DNA of 64,000 nucleotides from an uncultured Verrucomicrobiae bacterium (GCA_963765205.1 CAVXVB010000009.1:224001-288000); one strand, 5' to 3'. Counted from the first letter of the stretch, positions 28,787 through 39,733 are shown. A program made the numbers and translations. Notes: generated by a model from the letters alone, not told the origin.

Positions 28787-29710
28787 ATGACCATTGACCG
28801 CAGTTCCTGGTGGTGGCGCAAAGGGCGCGCACTGCTGACAATCTTCGCCGGCCTGCTGGCTGCGGGCGTGGTGGCCGCGCCGTTGCAAAACGCCGCGTGG
28901 TCGGAAGTTCGCGCGCGGCAACCCGAATTGAACCTCCGCGACTTGGGTGACAACCTTGGCCAGGGCATGTTGTTGGGCGTGCTGGGCGGGTTTCGCACGA
29001 TTCTGGCCGATTTCTCCTGGTTGCAGGGCTACCTCTTCTGGGAGCAGCACGACCGGCCCGCCACGGAGGCTATGATCCAACTGACCACCACGCTCGACTC
29101 GCGTTCGGTCTTTTTCTGGGACCATGGCTCGGACATTATCGCTTACGACATCCCGGCGTGGGCCCTGCGGCAAGTGGAACAGGACTACTACTCAAACGAC
29201 CCCGCCCGCCGCGCGCGCGCTGCCCAGTATGTCCAGCAGGCCAAGGTGATCCAAGCGCAGCGGGGCATCGCCCTGCTGGACCGAGGACTGAAATTCCATC
29301 CGGGCGAATACGATTTGCTCCGGGACAAGGCCATGATCTACCAAAACCGCCTCTGTGACTTGCCCGATGCCGCGGAGTCTTGGCGCCTGGCCGCGGCCGC
29401 GCCCGATAGTCCGTTCTTCGCCGCCCGCATGTATTTTCGCATGTTGTTGCTCCTGGCCAAAGCCGCCCCGAACGCCCAGCGCGAAGCCTACGAGCGGACG
29501 GGCTACGATTACCTGCGCCAGTTTTATCCCAGCCTCCCCGCCAACGCGCCCGACGCCCAGAAAGGCGTCATCTCGGACTGGATGCACGCCTTGGAAGACC
29601 GCTTGCACCTGCCGCATGACGACAACCCCAAGTATGCATCGCCACCCGGCTGGAAGTTCGACCCGGACATGAGCACGCTCCCGGAGAACCCGATTGATAA
29701 CTGCGAGTAG
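28787..29710 (+). CDS. Membrane-anchored helical hypothetical protein in the ABC operon
   Basis: N-terminal TM, LGGFRTILAD, TPR-like helices. Confidence 0.75.
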   Translation: MTIDRSSWWWRKGRALLTIFAGLLAAGVVAAPLQNAAWSEVRARQPELNLRDLGDNLGQGMLLGVLGGFRTILADFSWLQGYLFWEQHDRPATEAMIQLTTTLDSRSVFFWDHGSDIIAYDIPAWALRQVEQDYYSNDPARRARAAQYVQQAKVIQAQRGIALLDRGLKFHPGEYDLLRDKAMIYQNRLCDLPDAAESWRLAAAAPDSPFFAARMYFRMLLLLAKAAPNAQREAYERTGYDYLRQFYPSLPANAPDAQKGVISDWMHALEDRLHLPHDDNPKYASPPGWKFDPDMSTLPENPIDNCE

Positions 29711-29865
29711 CGCCTTTCCGGCTTTACAAATCGAAGGCATTGGGTAGGGTTCTTCTTCGCGCAACCATCCCGCCCCCGCCCTCATCCAGAGAGCCGCTCT
29801 GTTTCTCCATTTCCTCTTCGCTTTTCCTTCCTAACTCTTAATTCATAATTCATAATTCCCTTCCG

Positions 29866-30825
29866 ATGCCTCTTTCCTCCCTCCAGCAACTCAAGCAATA
29901 CACCGTTGTCGTCGCCGATTCGGGGGACTTTGCCAGCATCCGGCAATACGCGCCGCAGGACGCCACCACGAACCCTTCCCTCATCTACAAAGCGGTCACG
30001 ATGCCGGAATACAAGCCCATCCTCGATGGCGTCATCCAGGACAACCGGGGACTGAATCTGCCGAAGGACCAAAAAATCAAGCAGATCGTGGACGAATTGC
30101 TGGTGGCCTTTGGCGCGAAAATCCTCGAAATCGTTCCCGGCCGTGTTTCGACCGAGGTGGACGCGCGGCTGTCCTTCGACACGGAGGCGTCCATGCAAAA
30201 GGCGCGCGCCATCATCGGGCTTTACCAAAAACGCGGCATCGCGAAAGAGCGCGTGCTGATCAAGCTGGCCTCGACCTGGGAAGGCATCAAGGCCGCCGAA
30301 GTGCTGACCAAAGAGGGCATCCATTGCAACATGACGCTGCTTTTTTCCCTGGCCCAGGCCATCGCCTGCGCGGAGGCGCGCGTGCAGCTCATTTCGCCGT
30401 TCGTCGGCCGGATATACGACTGGTATCGGGCCAAGGAAAAAAAGGATTACGTTGGCGCGGACGACCCGGGGGTGCAGTCCGTCCACAAAATTTACGCCTA
30501 CTACAAGAAATTCGGCTTCAAAACGGAAGTCATGGGCGCGAGCTTCCGCACCGTGAACCAGATCGTCCAACTGGCCGGGTGCGATTTGCTGACCATCAGC
30601 CCGGCGCTCCTGGCCGAGTTGTCGAAATCCGACGCCCCGGTGCCGCGTCAGCTTTCGCCGGAATGGGCGGCGGGGCAGGACGTGGCGCGCGTCGAGATGA
30701 ACGAGAAGGCCTTCCGCTGGATGTTCAACGAGGACGCCATGGCGGTGGAAAAGACCGCCGAGGGCATCCGCCTGTTCGCCGCCGACATCAACAAACTCGA
30801 AGCCCAAATCGCCGCGGCGCTCTGA
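29866..30825 (+). CDS. tal: Transaldolase
   Basis: [37 protein letters not shown]. Confidence 0.97.
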   Translation: MPLSSLQQLKQYTVVVADSGDFASIRQYAPQDATTNPSLIYKAVTMPEYKPILDGVIQDNRGLNLPKDQKIKQIVDELLVAFGAKILEIVPGRVSTEVDARLSFDTEASMQKARAIIGLYQKRGIAKERVLIKLASTWEGIKAAEVLTKEGIHCNMTLLFSLAQAIACAEARVQLISPFVGRIYDWYRAKEKKDYVGADDPGVQSVHKIYAYYKKFGFKTEVMGASFRTVNQIVQLAGCDLLTISPALLAELSKSDAPVPRQLSPEWAAGQDVARVEMNEKAFRWMFNEDAMAVEKTAEGIRLFAADINKLEAQIAAAL

Positions 30826-30883
30826 CGGCCCAGCCGCGTCAAAATGTTTTCCTTTTTCTTGAAATTCCTTTAGTAACCAACCC

Positions 30884-31492
30884 ATGTCTTCTGCTTCCCA
30901 TGCCCAGCCGGGCCGGCCGACCTTTGGCGGCTTGCTCATTCGGATTATTATCATTGGCCTGATTTGGGCCGGCTTGGTCGCCGGCTTGCTGCATTACCTC
31001 GGCCACGTCATCCCCGTGGCCTATCAGGTCAGCCAGGCGGAAGCGGAGGAAGCGGACCGACTCGCCCATGCGGCGCTCACACCCCCGCCCGCCGCGTCGG
31101 CAACCGCAAGCGCCACCCCGGCGGCTTCTGCGCCGGCAACTTCAGCCGTTACCTCGGCCGCCCCGGTTACTGCCGCCGCTCCAATGACTTCCGCGACACC
31201 AGTAGCTTCCACGCCTACCGCGTCTGTGGCCTCGACTGCGACCCTGGCGACCTCTGCGCTTGCGGCGGGCACTGCCGCACCCGCCGGTTCAGCCGCCGGT
31301 GCCGCGCCGGCGCCGAAAGCTGCCACCGGCGCCAAGACGCTGCCCTACGATTTGCGCCTGGCCGGCTTCAACCGCACAGCCCTCACGAACGTCGCCATCT
31401 TTTATTCCATCGTCACCAGCGTCGTGTGCATCGGGGCCATTATCCTGCAGCTTTTCAAGTATTGCCATCGCGAGGAAGAAACGGCGCACTAA
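30884..31492 (+). CDS. Hypothetical membrane protein with an Ala/Thr/Pro-rich linker
   Basis: Two TM helices flanking a low-complexity segment. Confidence 0.7.
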   Translation: MSSASHAQPGRPTFGGLLIRIIIIGLIWAGLVAGLLHYLGHVIPVAYQVSQAEAEEADRLAHAALTPPPAASATASATPAASAPATSAVTSAAPVTAAAPMTSATPVASTPTASVASTATLATSALAAGTAAPAGSAAGAAPAPKAATGAKTLPYDLRLAGFNRTALTNVAIFYSIVTSVVCIGAIILQLFKYCHREEETAH

Positions 31493-31538
31493 GGGGCGTC
31501 TTTCTAAAATTAAACGATTCATTGCCAACGCGCCGGCG

Positions 31539-31829
31539 CTATTCCAACACCGCCCCGCAGGTGGCCAGGGCGGTCACCAAAAAAATCAGGGCTGCCAAGA
31601 GCATCCCGAGGCCGAATGGGCGCGTTCGACGGAATAAGGCCAGCCCCAGCCCGAGCATGGGCAAATCCACCACGAGCAAAAAGAAAAACTCGTGGCGGGC
31701 GTGGCCGGCCACCGTCGCATAAAGCGCGCCAAAGAAAAGCGCGAAGCCCGCCCAAAAGGCCCACGACGTCCGGCGAGGTTTGGGCCGGGGCGGGAGGACC
31801 GAAACGGAATCCATGGGCAATGGCTTCAT
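31539..31829 (-). CDS. Small hypothetical membrane protein
   Basis: Three hydrophobic segments; start uncertain. Confidence 0.55.
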   Translation of the reverse strand: MKPLPMDSVSVLPPRPKPRRTSWAFWAGFALFFGALYATVAGHARHEFFFLLVVDLPMLGLGLALFRRTRPFGLGMLLAALIFLVTALATCGAVLE

Positions 31830-31984
31830 GCTGCAAAGAAGATCGAAGTCCGGGGGTTGCGGCGGAATTATCCGCGCTTCTTGTTCGCGGAATTCGCGCC
31901 ATAACGCCATCCCAAAATGCCGTGGTGGGGCTGTGCCCGGTGATTCAGCTTGGCGGGGCGGGGATATTTCAGGAAAGTGGCGGC

Positions 31985-33061
31985 GTGGATGCTCTCGCCA
32001 AAAAACGCCTCGGGGTGCTCGTGGCGCTCACCACGCTGGCGCTGGCGCTGGCGTTTTTATCGGTGTCCTACGGCTCGTATGACAAGGTGCGTGCGCCGGA
32101 AGTTTGGCGCGTCTTGGCCCGCCTGGCCGGCTGGAGCCGCAGTGACGGGAATGCAACCGCGGAATCGGTCGTGATCGCGCAGCACGTCGTGTTTGATTTG
32201 CGGTTGCCGCGCGTGGCCCTCGGGATTCTGGCCGGCGCGGCGTTGGGGATGGCCGGCGCGGCCTTGCAGGGGCTTTTTCGCAACCCGCTGGCCGATCCGG
32301 CGCTGATTGGCGTGTCGGGCGGGGCGGCGCTGGGCGCGGTGGTGGTCATCGTGCTCGGCGGCGCGGCGGTGGGTTTGCCCACGCCGTTGGCCGGCGCCTT
32401 TGCGCTGCCCGTGGCCGCCATGGCCGGCGGTGTGGTGGTGACGTTTCTGATTTATCATCTGGCGAAATTCGAGGGCCGCACCCATGTCGCGTTAATGTTG
32501 TTGACCGGCTTGGCGCTCAATGCGCTGGCGGGCGCGGCCATCGGCCTGCTGGTGTACCTCGCCACCGACGAGCAATTGCGTGCGTTCATGTTTTGGTCCC
32601 TGGGCAGTTTGAACCGCGCAGGCTGGTCACAAATCGGCGCGGTCGCGCTCTTCATTATCCCGGCTCTTCTGTTGCTCCCGCGACTGGCGCGGCCGCTCAA
32701 CGCGCTGGCGCTGGGTGAGGCCGAGGCGCACCACCTCGGCGTGCCCGTGCAACAACTTAAGCGCCGGTTGATTTTTCTCTCGGCCCTGATGGTCGGCGCA
32801 TCCGTTGCGGCCTGCGGGACGATTGGTTTTATCGGGCTGGTCGCGCCCCATCTGGCCCGGCTGTTGTATGGGCCGGACCACCGCCTGTTGCTACCCGCGT
32901 CGGCGCTGCTCGGCACGGTGCTGCTGCTGGCCGCCGACATCATCGCGCGGTTCGGCACGGTGGGTTTCGAGGAATTGCCCATCGGCGTGGTTACGGCGCT
33001 GGCCGGCGCGCCCATTTTCCTGGCGATGCTTCTGCGCGCCCGGCGCAAGGGGGAGTTTTAA
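31985..33061 (+). CDS. FecCD/HmuU-family iron/heme ABC permease
   Basis: LRLPRV, QGLFRNPLADP, GFIGLVAPH, LPIGVVTA; GTG start inferred. Confidence 0.92.
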   Translation: MDALAKKRLGVLVALTTLALALAFLSVSYGSYDKVRAPEVWRVLARLAGWSRSDGNATAESVVIAQHVVFDLRLPRVALGILAGAALGMAGAALQGLFRNPLADPALIGVSGGAALGAVVVIVLGGAAVGLPTPLAGAFALPVAAMAGGVVVTFLIYHLAKFEGRTHVALMLLTGLALNALAGAAIGLLVYLATDEQLRAFMFWSLGSLNRAGWSQIGAVALFIIPALLLLPRLARPLNALALGEAEAHHLGVPVQQLKRRLIFLSALMVGASVAACGTIGFIGLVAPHLARLLYGPDHRLLLPASALLGTVLLLAADIIARFGTVGFEELPIGVVTALAGAPIFLAMLLRARRKGEF

Positions 33062-33062
33062 C

Positions 33063-33863
33063 ATGCTGGCCGCGCGCGACCTTCATTTCTCCCGCGGAGA
33101 CCGCAAAATTCTGGATGCGGTGTCCGGCGAACTGCGTCCGGGGCGCGTGACCGCGCTGCTCGGCCCCAACGGCGCGGGCAAGTCCACTTTACTCAAATTG
33201 TTCGCGGGTGAATTGGACCCCGCCGGCGGGATCATCGAACTCGGCGGCCGGCCTTTGGCGGCCCAGCCGCCGCGCGCCGTCGCCCAACGGCGCGCCGTGC
33301 TGCCGCAGGAATCCCACCTCGCCTTTGCGTTTCTCGTGCGCAACGTCGTGATGATGGGGCGCTTCCCGCATCTCGACGGCGCCGAAACGCCGCGTGACGT
33401 GGAAATTTGCGCCGCCGCGCTGGCTAAAGTTGAAGCGGGCCATTTGGCGGAGCGGCGTTACCCCACGCTGTCCAGCGGCGAAAAGCAGCGCGTGCAACTC
33501 GCGCGGGTGCTCGCGCAAATCTGGGAGCCCCCGGCTTCCGGCCCGCGCTATTTGTTGCTCGATGAGCCGACCGCCGGTCTTGACCTCGAGCACCAGCACG
33601 CCGCCCTGCGTGCCGCGCGGGATTGGGCGCGCGTCGGCGCGGTTGTCCTCGCTGTGCTGCATGATTTGAACCTGGCCATGACTTACGCCGACGACGCCTG
33701 GGTGCTGGAAAATGGCCGGCTCGCTGCCGCCGGGCCGATCGCGGACACGCTGACGGCCACGCTGATCGAGCGCGTCTTCAACGTCGCCGTGGAACTGCTG
33801 CCGCGCCCCGGCGCTGCGCGGCCGGTCATCCTCACGCGCCCGCGCGCGGAGCAGGATCAATAA
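33063..33863 (+). CDS. hmuV: Heme ABC transporter ATPase (HmuV-like)
   Basis: GPNGAGKST, RRAVLPQ, LSSGEKQRVQLARVLAQIW, LDEPT, LHDLNLA. Confidence 0.8.
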   Translation: MLAARDLHFSRGDRKILDAVSGELRPGRVTALLGPNGAGKSTLLKLFAGELDPAGGIIELGGRPLAAQPPRAVAQRRAVLPQESHLAFAFLVRNVVMMGRFPHLDGAETPRDVEICAAALAKVEAGHLAERRYPTLSSGEKQRVQLARVLAQIWEPPASGPRYLLLDEPTAGLDLEHQHAALRAARDWARVGAVVLAVLHDLNLAMTYADDAWVLENGRLAAAGPIADTLTATLIERVFNVAVELLPRPGAARPVILTRPRAEQDQ

Positions 33864-34210
33864 TCATCCACCATCATGAGCATCACCCAGCTATACCCGG
33901 CGGTAAAAAACATCATGGCCGCCACCAGGCCGACGAACCCCGTCAAAACAGTCAGGAGGCCCAGGATGAGGTTCACCGACACCAACCCGATGAAGTAATC
34001 CCGGTGCCGCCGGGAAAGTTTTTTCCGCGGCGGCGGGGGTATCTCGTCAAAACCCTGCGCCTTCTCGCGCTCCCGGTTGACGCGCAGCAATTCCAGCGGA
34101 TCATTGGCGGATGACGCGCGCGCGCTGGCCGGCTCGTTGTCCCGCGTGAACTCCGCCGCTTTCAATTTGAGCACCCGGGGCGGCGGATCGGGTTCGGCGG
34201 GCGTGGCCAT
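33857..34210 (-). CDS. Hypothetical membrane protein
   Basis: C-terminal TM pair ending in VDDY. Confidence 0.6.
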   Translation of the reverse strand: MATPAEPDPPPRVLKLKAAEFTRDNEPASARASSANDPLELLRVNREREKAQGFDEIPPPPRKKLSRRHRDYFIGLVSVNLILGLLTVLTGFVGLVAAMMFFTAGYSWVMLMMVDDY

Positions 34211-34229
34211 GGGTAACCGTCTTCTAATT

Positions 34230-35336
34230 TCAGTCTCGGGCCGTGGCAAACGGCGCGGGCGTATGGCGCTTGGGCGCATTGGCGCGGCGGGCGCGCACCG
34301 CGCGGGCGAGTTCGACCAGCACGGGTTCCGTTTGCTCGAACGAAATGCAGGCGTCGGTGATGCTTTGGCCGTATTTGGCGGTGAGGCCGGGCACGTAATC
34401 TTGGCGGCCTTCGACTAGGTTGCTCTCCATCATGATGCCGCAGAGCTGGCGCGCGCCGGCGGCGATTTGCGCGCAGAGGACGCGGGCGACCGCCGGCTGG
34501 TTCCGGTAGTCCTTCCCACTGTTGGCGTGGCTGCAATCCACCATGAGATAGGGTGGCAATTTCACCTTTTCGAGCGACGCCGCGACTTGGGCGACGGTTT
34601 TCGCGTCGTAATTCGGCCCCGTGTGCGAGCCGCCGCGCAGGATGACGTGGCAGTCCGGGTTGCCGAGCGTCTTGAAAATCGCGGCCACGCCCTGCTTGGT
34701 CACGGACGGGAACCAGTGCGGCTGCTGCGCCGCGCGAATCGCGTCAATCGCGATTTGAAAATCGCCGTCCGTCCCGTTTTTGAAGCCGACCGGCATGGAG
34801 AGGCCGGAAGCAAGCTCGCGGTGAATCTGGCTTTCCGTCGTGCGCGCGCCGATGGCCGCCCACGAAATCGTGTCCGCGTGGAATTGCGGGATGATCGTGT
34901 CGAGAAATTCCGTGCCGCTGGGCAGGCCGAGTTCCGCCAGATTGAGCAGCAGTTCGCGCGCGCGGCGCAGGCCCTTGTTGATTTGAAAGCTCCCGTCGAG
35001 GAACGGGTCGTTGATCAAACCCTTCCAGCCGACCACCGTGCGCGGCTTTTCAAAATAAACCCGCATCACGACAAACACCTCGTCGGCAATCCGCCCGGCC
35101 ACCGCCTTGAGCTTCCGCGCATAGTCCAGCGCCGCGACCGGGTCGTGGATCGAGCACGGGCCGATGACGGCCAGCACGCGGTCGTCCTGCCCATGCAGGA
35201 TGCGCCCGATTTGCTGGCGCGAGTCGGTGACGAGCTGCGCCGCGCGCTCGGACAGCGGCGATTCCTCGACCAGGATGGCGGGCGGGATGAGCGGCCGCTG
35301 CGCCTCGATGCGCACGTCGTCGGTGTTGCGGAACAT
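34230..35336 (-). CDS. DAHP synthase class I-alpha (AroF/G/H type)
   Basis: GPCSIHD, RVYFEKPRT, IGARTTESQ, DCSHANS, SITDACI. Confidence 0.95.
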   Translation of the reverse strand: MFRNTDDVRIEAQRPLIPPAILVEESPLSERAAQLVTDSRQQIGRILHGQDDRVLAVIGPCSIHDPVAALDYARKLKAVAGRIADEVFVVMRVYFEKPRTVVGWKGLINDPFLDGSFQINKGLRRARELLLNLAELGLPSGTEFLDTIIPQFHADTISWAAIGARTTESQIHRELASGLSMPVGFKNGTDGDFQIAIDAIRAAQQPHWFPSVTKQGVAAIFKTLGNPDCHVILRGGSHTGPNYDAKTVAQVAASLEKVKLPPYLMVDCSHANSGKDYRNQPAVARVLCAQIAAGARQLCGIMMESNLVEGRQDYVPGLTAKYGQSITDACISFEQTEPVLVELARAVRARRANAPKRHTPAPFATARD

Positions 35337-35371
35337 GGCCCGAGCATAGCGCCCCGCCCGGGAAAATCACC

Positions 35372-35851
35372 ATGAAAATGCGGGCTACTCAGATATTGCC
35401 GTGGGCATATAAAGCATGCCAGATTTCCGCCATGTCATTATACAGCCTCTCAGCAGAGTTACTGGAAAAGCTCAGTATGTCGGTTGTGGCAACCATGGTA
35501 GGCTATGACCCGCGATTGGTGAAGCTATATCCGAAGGACTTCCTTGCGCGTTACAATAGAATCACTGTTGATTTGAAAAATCTATCAGAGCATTCTTTCG
35601 ACTTAATCTTTGTAACCGTGCATTGAGAAGGCTCCAAAATTGGCGACGATAATTATTATGTCGTTCCTTTGCATGTGCCGGAACTAACGGCGCATTCAAA
35701 ATGTCGGTGTGACTTTTTGTCGTTCGATTCCTTTAACCTGCCGTTTAAAAACATTCGAATTAACCTAACGACGAGTGCGGAATCTTCCAAACGACAGGTA
35801 AGCCGCGCTTATGTCGAGCGATCTCGTGATCTCACGAAAATTATAGAATGA
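35372..35851 (+). pseudogene. AT-rich hypothetical ORF interrupted by one in-frame TGA (35624-35626)
   Basis: ORFs 35372-35626 and 35669-35851 share a frame with no other stop between them. Confidence 0.35.
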
Positions 35852-35901
35852 AAATCCCCGCGCTTGCCTTGGCCGGGCCAACTGCGCCATGCTGCCCGGC
35901 G

Positions 35902-36936
35902 ATGCCCCCCTTCGTCCTGTTTCGCCGAGGTTTCTGGCTGGCCGCGGTTTTGCTCGCCGCCGCAGGGTGGGGTGCTTGCGCGAAAAGCGACTCGTCCGCC
36001 CAGGCGACCGCTGCCGACAGCGCGAAAAAACTTTTCCCCCTCCGCGTGCAACTCGATTGGTTCCCGGAACCGGAGCACGGCGGCTTGTATCAGGCGCTCG
36101 CCAAGGGCTATTTCGCCGACGAGGGCCTCGATGTGACCCTCCTGCCGGGCGGCAGCAATGTGCTGGTCACGCAATTCGTCGCCACCGGCTCTGCCGAAAT
36201 CGGGCAGTCGGCCACCACGCAGGTCATCCAGGCTGTCGCGGGCGGGTTGCCGGTCATCAACATCGCCTCGATTTTCCACCGCATGCCGACCGGCCTGATG
36301 ATGCACGCGGACAACCCCATCACATCCTTCGCGCAACTCGATGGCAAAACCATCATGGCGCGCCCCGAGGCGGTTTATATTCCCTACCTGAAAAAGAAAT
36401 ACGGCCTCAACTTCACCGTCGTCCCGCAGGACTTCAGCTCGGCGCATTTTCTGGCCGACCCGCATTTCATCCAGGAGGGCTTTTTCATCGCCGAGCCGTA
36501 TTTCCTCGAGCAGGCCGGCGCGAAGGTCAAATGGCTCGCGCTCTGGGACGCCGGCTACGAGCCGGAGGCGACGCTGCTCGCGAACACGAAATTCGCGCAA
36601 GAGCATCCCGAGCAGTTGCGGGCCTTCCTGCGCGCCTTCATCCGCGGATGGAAAAACTACCTCGAAGGCGACCCCGCGCCCGGCAACCTCCTCATCAAAA
36701 AGAACAACCCGAAAGCCGATGATGCCTTTTTCAAATACGAGCGCGACCAAATCCTCCAATTCAACCTCGGCAAAGGCGACCCCGCGCAAGGCGAAGATTA
36801 CGGCACGCTGAACCTCAAAAAAATCCAAGGCGAAATCTCCATCATGGAAGACCTCGGTCTCCTCAAACCCGGCGCCGTCCCCCTCGAAAAAGTGGCGACG
36901 GCGGAGTATTTGCCGCAGGCGGCGGCGAAACCGTAG
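35902..36936 (+). CDS. NMT1/THI5-like ABC substrate-binding protein
   Basis: QLDWFPEPEHGGLYQALAKGYF..EGLDV; signal peptide. Confidence 0.9.
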   Translation: MPPFVLFRRGFWLAAVLLAAAGWGACAKSDSSAQATAADSAKKLFPLRVQLDWFPEPEHGGLYQALAKGYFADEGLDVTLLPGGSNVLVTQFVATGSAEIGQSATTQVIQAVAGGLPVINIASIFHRMPTGLMMHADNPITSFAQLDGKTIMARPEAVYIPYLKKKYGLNFTVVPQDFSSAHFLADPHFIQEGFFIAEPYFLEQAGAKVKWLALWDAGYEPEATLLANTKFAQEHPEQLRAFLRAFIRGWKNYLEGDPAPGNLLIKKNNPKADDAFFKYERDQILQFNLGKGDPAQGEDYGTLNLKKIQGEISIMEDLGLLKPGAVPLEKVATAEYLPQAAAKP

Positions 36937-37592
36937 GGATGGGTTTGAGTAATAACGTATAATCTGGCGCCATTTTTACCTCTCTATCATCGAAAGAAGA
37001 ACCTTTCCCATTAGTTTCAAAATGATCATACGTTATAACAGTCTAAAAATTTTCATTTATATGCATTCGGAGCAGCTTAACCGCCTCACGAACGAATGCT
37101 TACTGCCGATTGCTCCTCCATCAAACTTCAACGACCCATTTGAATGCTTGCTTTCTAAAAGTCGAAAATTTACCAAGGAGGAGTGGCTTTTTGCCTTAGA
37201 GAATTTTGAGATTTTTAAACAAGTCCATAATGCCCAGGTAAGGCCGAAGTTGACTTTACGTAATATAATCGACGTGTGGGATGACCTCCCTGATATTTCG
37301 GGCGCATTACTCGGGTTTGCAATACAAGGTTTTAATAAAATGGTTTCAGAGCAGTTTGCTATTTTGTGCTGCACTTTAAACGAAGCTTGCCCGCTTATGT
37401 GGGCGCACTATGCGCGAAAACATACTGGTTTTGTTATTCAATTAAATTCGGAACTATGCACTTCACAAACCTAGAATAAAGGGCAATATAAATTAAAGTG
37501 TATTATTTGACATGGAATACGCACTTCCCTGTCAACCAATCTACTCCAAAGATTACAATGAAACCTTGGAAAATTTGATTAAATTTTCTGAT

Positions 37593-37793
37593 TCACCTTT
37601 TTGTTCTAATGCGCTCTTTGAACGTCTTCAGGAATTCTTTTTCATGGGCCTCGAAATCGAAGACGTGGACAGTCCCGCAATCTGGACAGGGATGACGCTC
37701 GGAATTACGGTCAACAAGCGTAATATCGAATTCTTTCGCACACTTAACATTCTTGCACTTGACAGTTCTAGTAATGGGGAAATTCCATTTCAT
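37593..37793 (-). CDS. Small zinc-ribbon-like passenger protein
   Basis: CKNVKC...CPDC in 66 aa; an opposite-strand ORF (37512-37811) competes. Confidence 0.5.
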   Translation of the reverse strand: MKWNFPITRTVKCKNVKCAKEFDITLVDRNSERHPCPDCGTVHVFDFEAHEKEFLKTFKERIRTKR

Positions 37794-37815
37794 AAAGAGA
37801 CGATGGGTTAGGTTT

Positions 37816-38154
37816 TTAACGAGAACATTGTGACAAACCACCACCCAAAATAAATAAAGCCGCCCCGATGACAAGGCCGCAAATCATCCATCTAAGGCGT
37901 CTTGCCTGCGCTCCGGGGTTGTTCTTTTCGTTGATCGGATGGCCGCATTGTGGACAGCTACCGGCTTGTGGGGATACTTGCCTTCCGCAAACCGGACAAG
38001 AAATCGGTATTTTATTTTTTGAAGCGTTGCGACCCTCCTTAATTCTTTCTGAAATCATACAGAAAAGAATAAACCCCGTGACTCCAAAGAATACTGAAAA
38101 AACTGCTATAACGGTGCCATAGGTCTCAATATAGTAAATTAGAGGCGGATTCAT
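37816..38154 (-). CDS. Membrane protein with a zinc ribbon (passenger)
   Basis: TM - CPVCG..CPQCGHP - TM. Confidence 0.75.
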   Translation of the reverse strand: MNPPLIYYIETYGTVIAVFSVFFGVTGFILFCMISERIKEGRNASKNKIPISCPVCGRQVSPQAGSCPQCGHPINEKNNPGAQARRLRWMICGLVIGAALFILGGGLSQCSR

Positions 38155-38367
38155 CTTGAGGCATCTTTCATGGGTAGGAGAAGAAGAGCCGAAAAAAAGT
38201 GTATAGATAGAAAATGAATAAAATTAAAGACCAAAAACTCACTCAATTTTCAACTGATTTAGGAGACTTGAATCCTTCAAATATGAAACTGAAAGATTTT
38301 CTTATTCTAAGTGAACTCTACGGTAACGAATGGAAAATGGATATAGAAAAACGGGTTATGGAACCAA

Positions 38368-38580
38368 TCAACCGGCAGATAAGAGTTTCTTAAATTCTTC
38401 CAGCCGCTTCTCTCTGGTCTCTGCCATCGCATCGTTTAGATTGTGTATGAAGGTAAAAAATTCTAAACAGTCTTTCATAGCTGCTCGGTATGCTGCCCTA
38501 GAATTAGGGTCACGCGCATTTGCTCCCATTTGAATTCTAAGAAATACGGGCGGAACTTCTGGTATTTTCTGGATATTCAT
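38368..38580 (-). CDS. Small hypothetical passenger protein
   Basis: 70-aa ORF co-oriented with the transposase. Confidence 0.45.
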   Translation of the reverse strand: MNIQKIPEVPPVFLRIQMGANARDPNSRAAYRAAMKDCLEFFTFIHNLNDAMAETREKRLEEFKKLLSAG

Positions 38581-38588
38581 AGCTTCAA

Positions 38589-38741
38589 TTATTTGAGGGT
38601 GGATTTTTGGGAGATGGAATTTTCCTTCTTTTTGATTGCCTTTTTTGCCTTCTTCTCTGGCGGCACTAGCATAGCTCTCCGCATGATTTCGTCGAACGGA
38701 ACTGGCGAGGGTGACTTAATGCGTATGGCTAAACGGGGCAT
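38589..38741 (-). CDS. Small basic protein directly downstream of the transposase
   Basis: Manual translation MPRLAIRIKSPSPVPFDEIMRRAMLVPPEKKAKKAIKKKENSISQKSTLK. Confidence 0.5.
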   Translation of the reverse strand: MPRLAIRIKSPSPVPFDEIMRRAMLVPPEKKAKKAIKKKENSISQKSTLK

Positions 38742-38750
38742 ATAAAAAAG

Positions 38751-39695
38751 CTACGCATTTTTTGAGGTCTTGTAAAGCAGCCGTTTGCCCTCCGCTTGTT
38801 GCAAGCCATCCACTGTTCTCTCCCCATCCGTCATCTTGCGGGTATTGTAACGGTGATCGAACTCTGCCAGATACAGGGGCAAGTGTTGCTTACTGACGCT
38901 GTGGAAAGTTCCCACGATGCCTCTTTTGAGCAAGGAAAAATAGCCCTCCACCGTGTTTGTGTGGACATCGCCCCGGACATACTCCCCGGCAGAATGATTC
39001 ACCTTCCGATGCTTGAACCCCTTTGCGGCCCTCCTATATGGCCTAAATTGGTCAGTGTAGAGCTTTGACCCCGCCGCCACGTTGTCTTGTATCACCGCCT
39101 TCAAATTGTGGCCCGTAACGCACGCCATGACCCTAGAACGGGCCTTCCCGTCTCTTTGCACAAGGGATACAACTGGGGTTTTGTTGCCAACATAACGCCG
39201 TCCCATGCCCTTTGTCTTGCCCCCTACATAGGTTTCGTCAACCTCCACGGTTCCCTCCAATTTATCCACAAAGAGGGGGTGTTGCACGGCATAGCGGATT
39301 CTGTGCATCATAAAGAGGGCAGTCCGGTAACTCCCTAGATTTAGCATTCTTTGTATTTGCAACGAACTAACCCCCTTCTTGGATGAGCAAAACAGATACC
39401 AAGCGATCAGCCACTTGGACAGCGGGATATGAGAATCCTCAAAAATTGTCCCCACCGTGACTGTGAACTGTTTAAGGCAAGCCCCACAACGGTAGAGACC
39501 GGGCCGGATGTTTTTAGCCGGATTAACCTCCAATTTCCAAACCCTGCCCTGTTCCTTGCAATGGGGGCAAATGATGCCGTTGGGCCACCGTATTGCCTCT
39601 AGGTAGCTCCGCGCCTTGTCATCCGTGTCAAATTTTTGGATAACGTCAACGAGGGTCAGGTCTTTGGCATCAGAAAAAAGAGGATTGGTTTTCAT
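38751..39695 (-). CDS. IS1595-family DDE transposase
   Basis: YLEAIRWPNGIICPHC zinc ribbon, VEVDETYVGG, LYTD, VNHS, HTNTVEGYFSLLKR, YLAEFDHRYN. Confidence 0.96.
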   Translation of the reverse strand: MKTNPLFSDAKDLTLVDVIQKFDTDDKARSYLEAIRWPNGIICPHCKEQGRVWKLEVNPAKNIRPGLYRCGACLKQFTVTVGTIFEDSHIPLSKWLIAWYLFCSSKKGVSSLQIQRMLNLGSYRTALFMMHRIRYAVQHPLFVDKLEGTVEVDETYVGGKTKGMGRRYVGNKTPVVSLVQRDGKARSRVMACVTGHNLKAVIQDNVAAGSKLYTDQFRPYRRAAKGFKHRKVNHSAGEYVRGDVHTNTVEGYFSLLKRGIVGTFHSVSKQHLPLYLAEFDHRYNTRKMTDGERTVDGLQQAEGKRLLYKTSKNA

Positions 39696-39701
39696 GCCTC
39701 A

Positions 39702-39733
39702 AACCTACCTAATTTCCCAAGGTTTGTCAAGTG
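39702..39733 (-). promoter_or_regulatory. Transposase promoter overlapping an internal TIR-like site
   Basis: Minus strand TTGACA (39730-39725), 17 nt, TAGGTT (39707-39702); 39718-39733 matches 40914-40929 at 15/16. Confidence 0.65.

Noticed and set aside
31985..33863. Heme ABC genes lacking a binding protein as a novel transporter
   Set aside because: Split ABC loci are common and the partner may be elsewhere in the genome
35624..35626. TGA as selenocysteine
   Set aside because: No redox motif context and no convincing SECIS hairpin downstream
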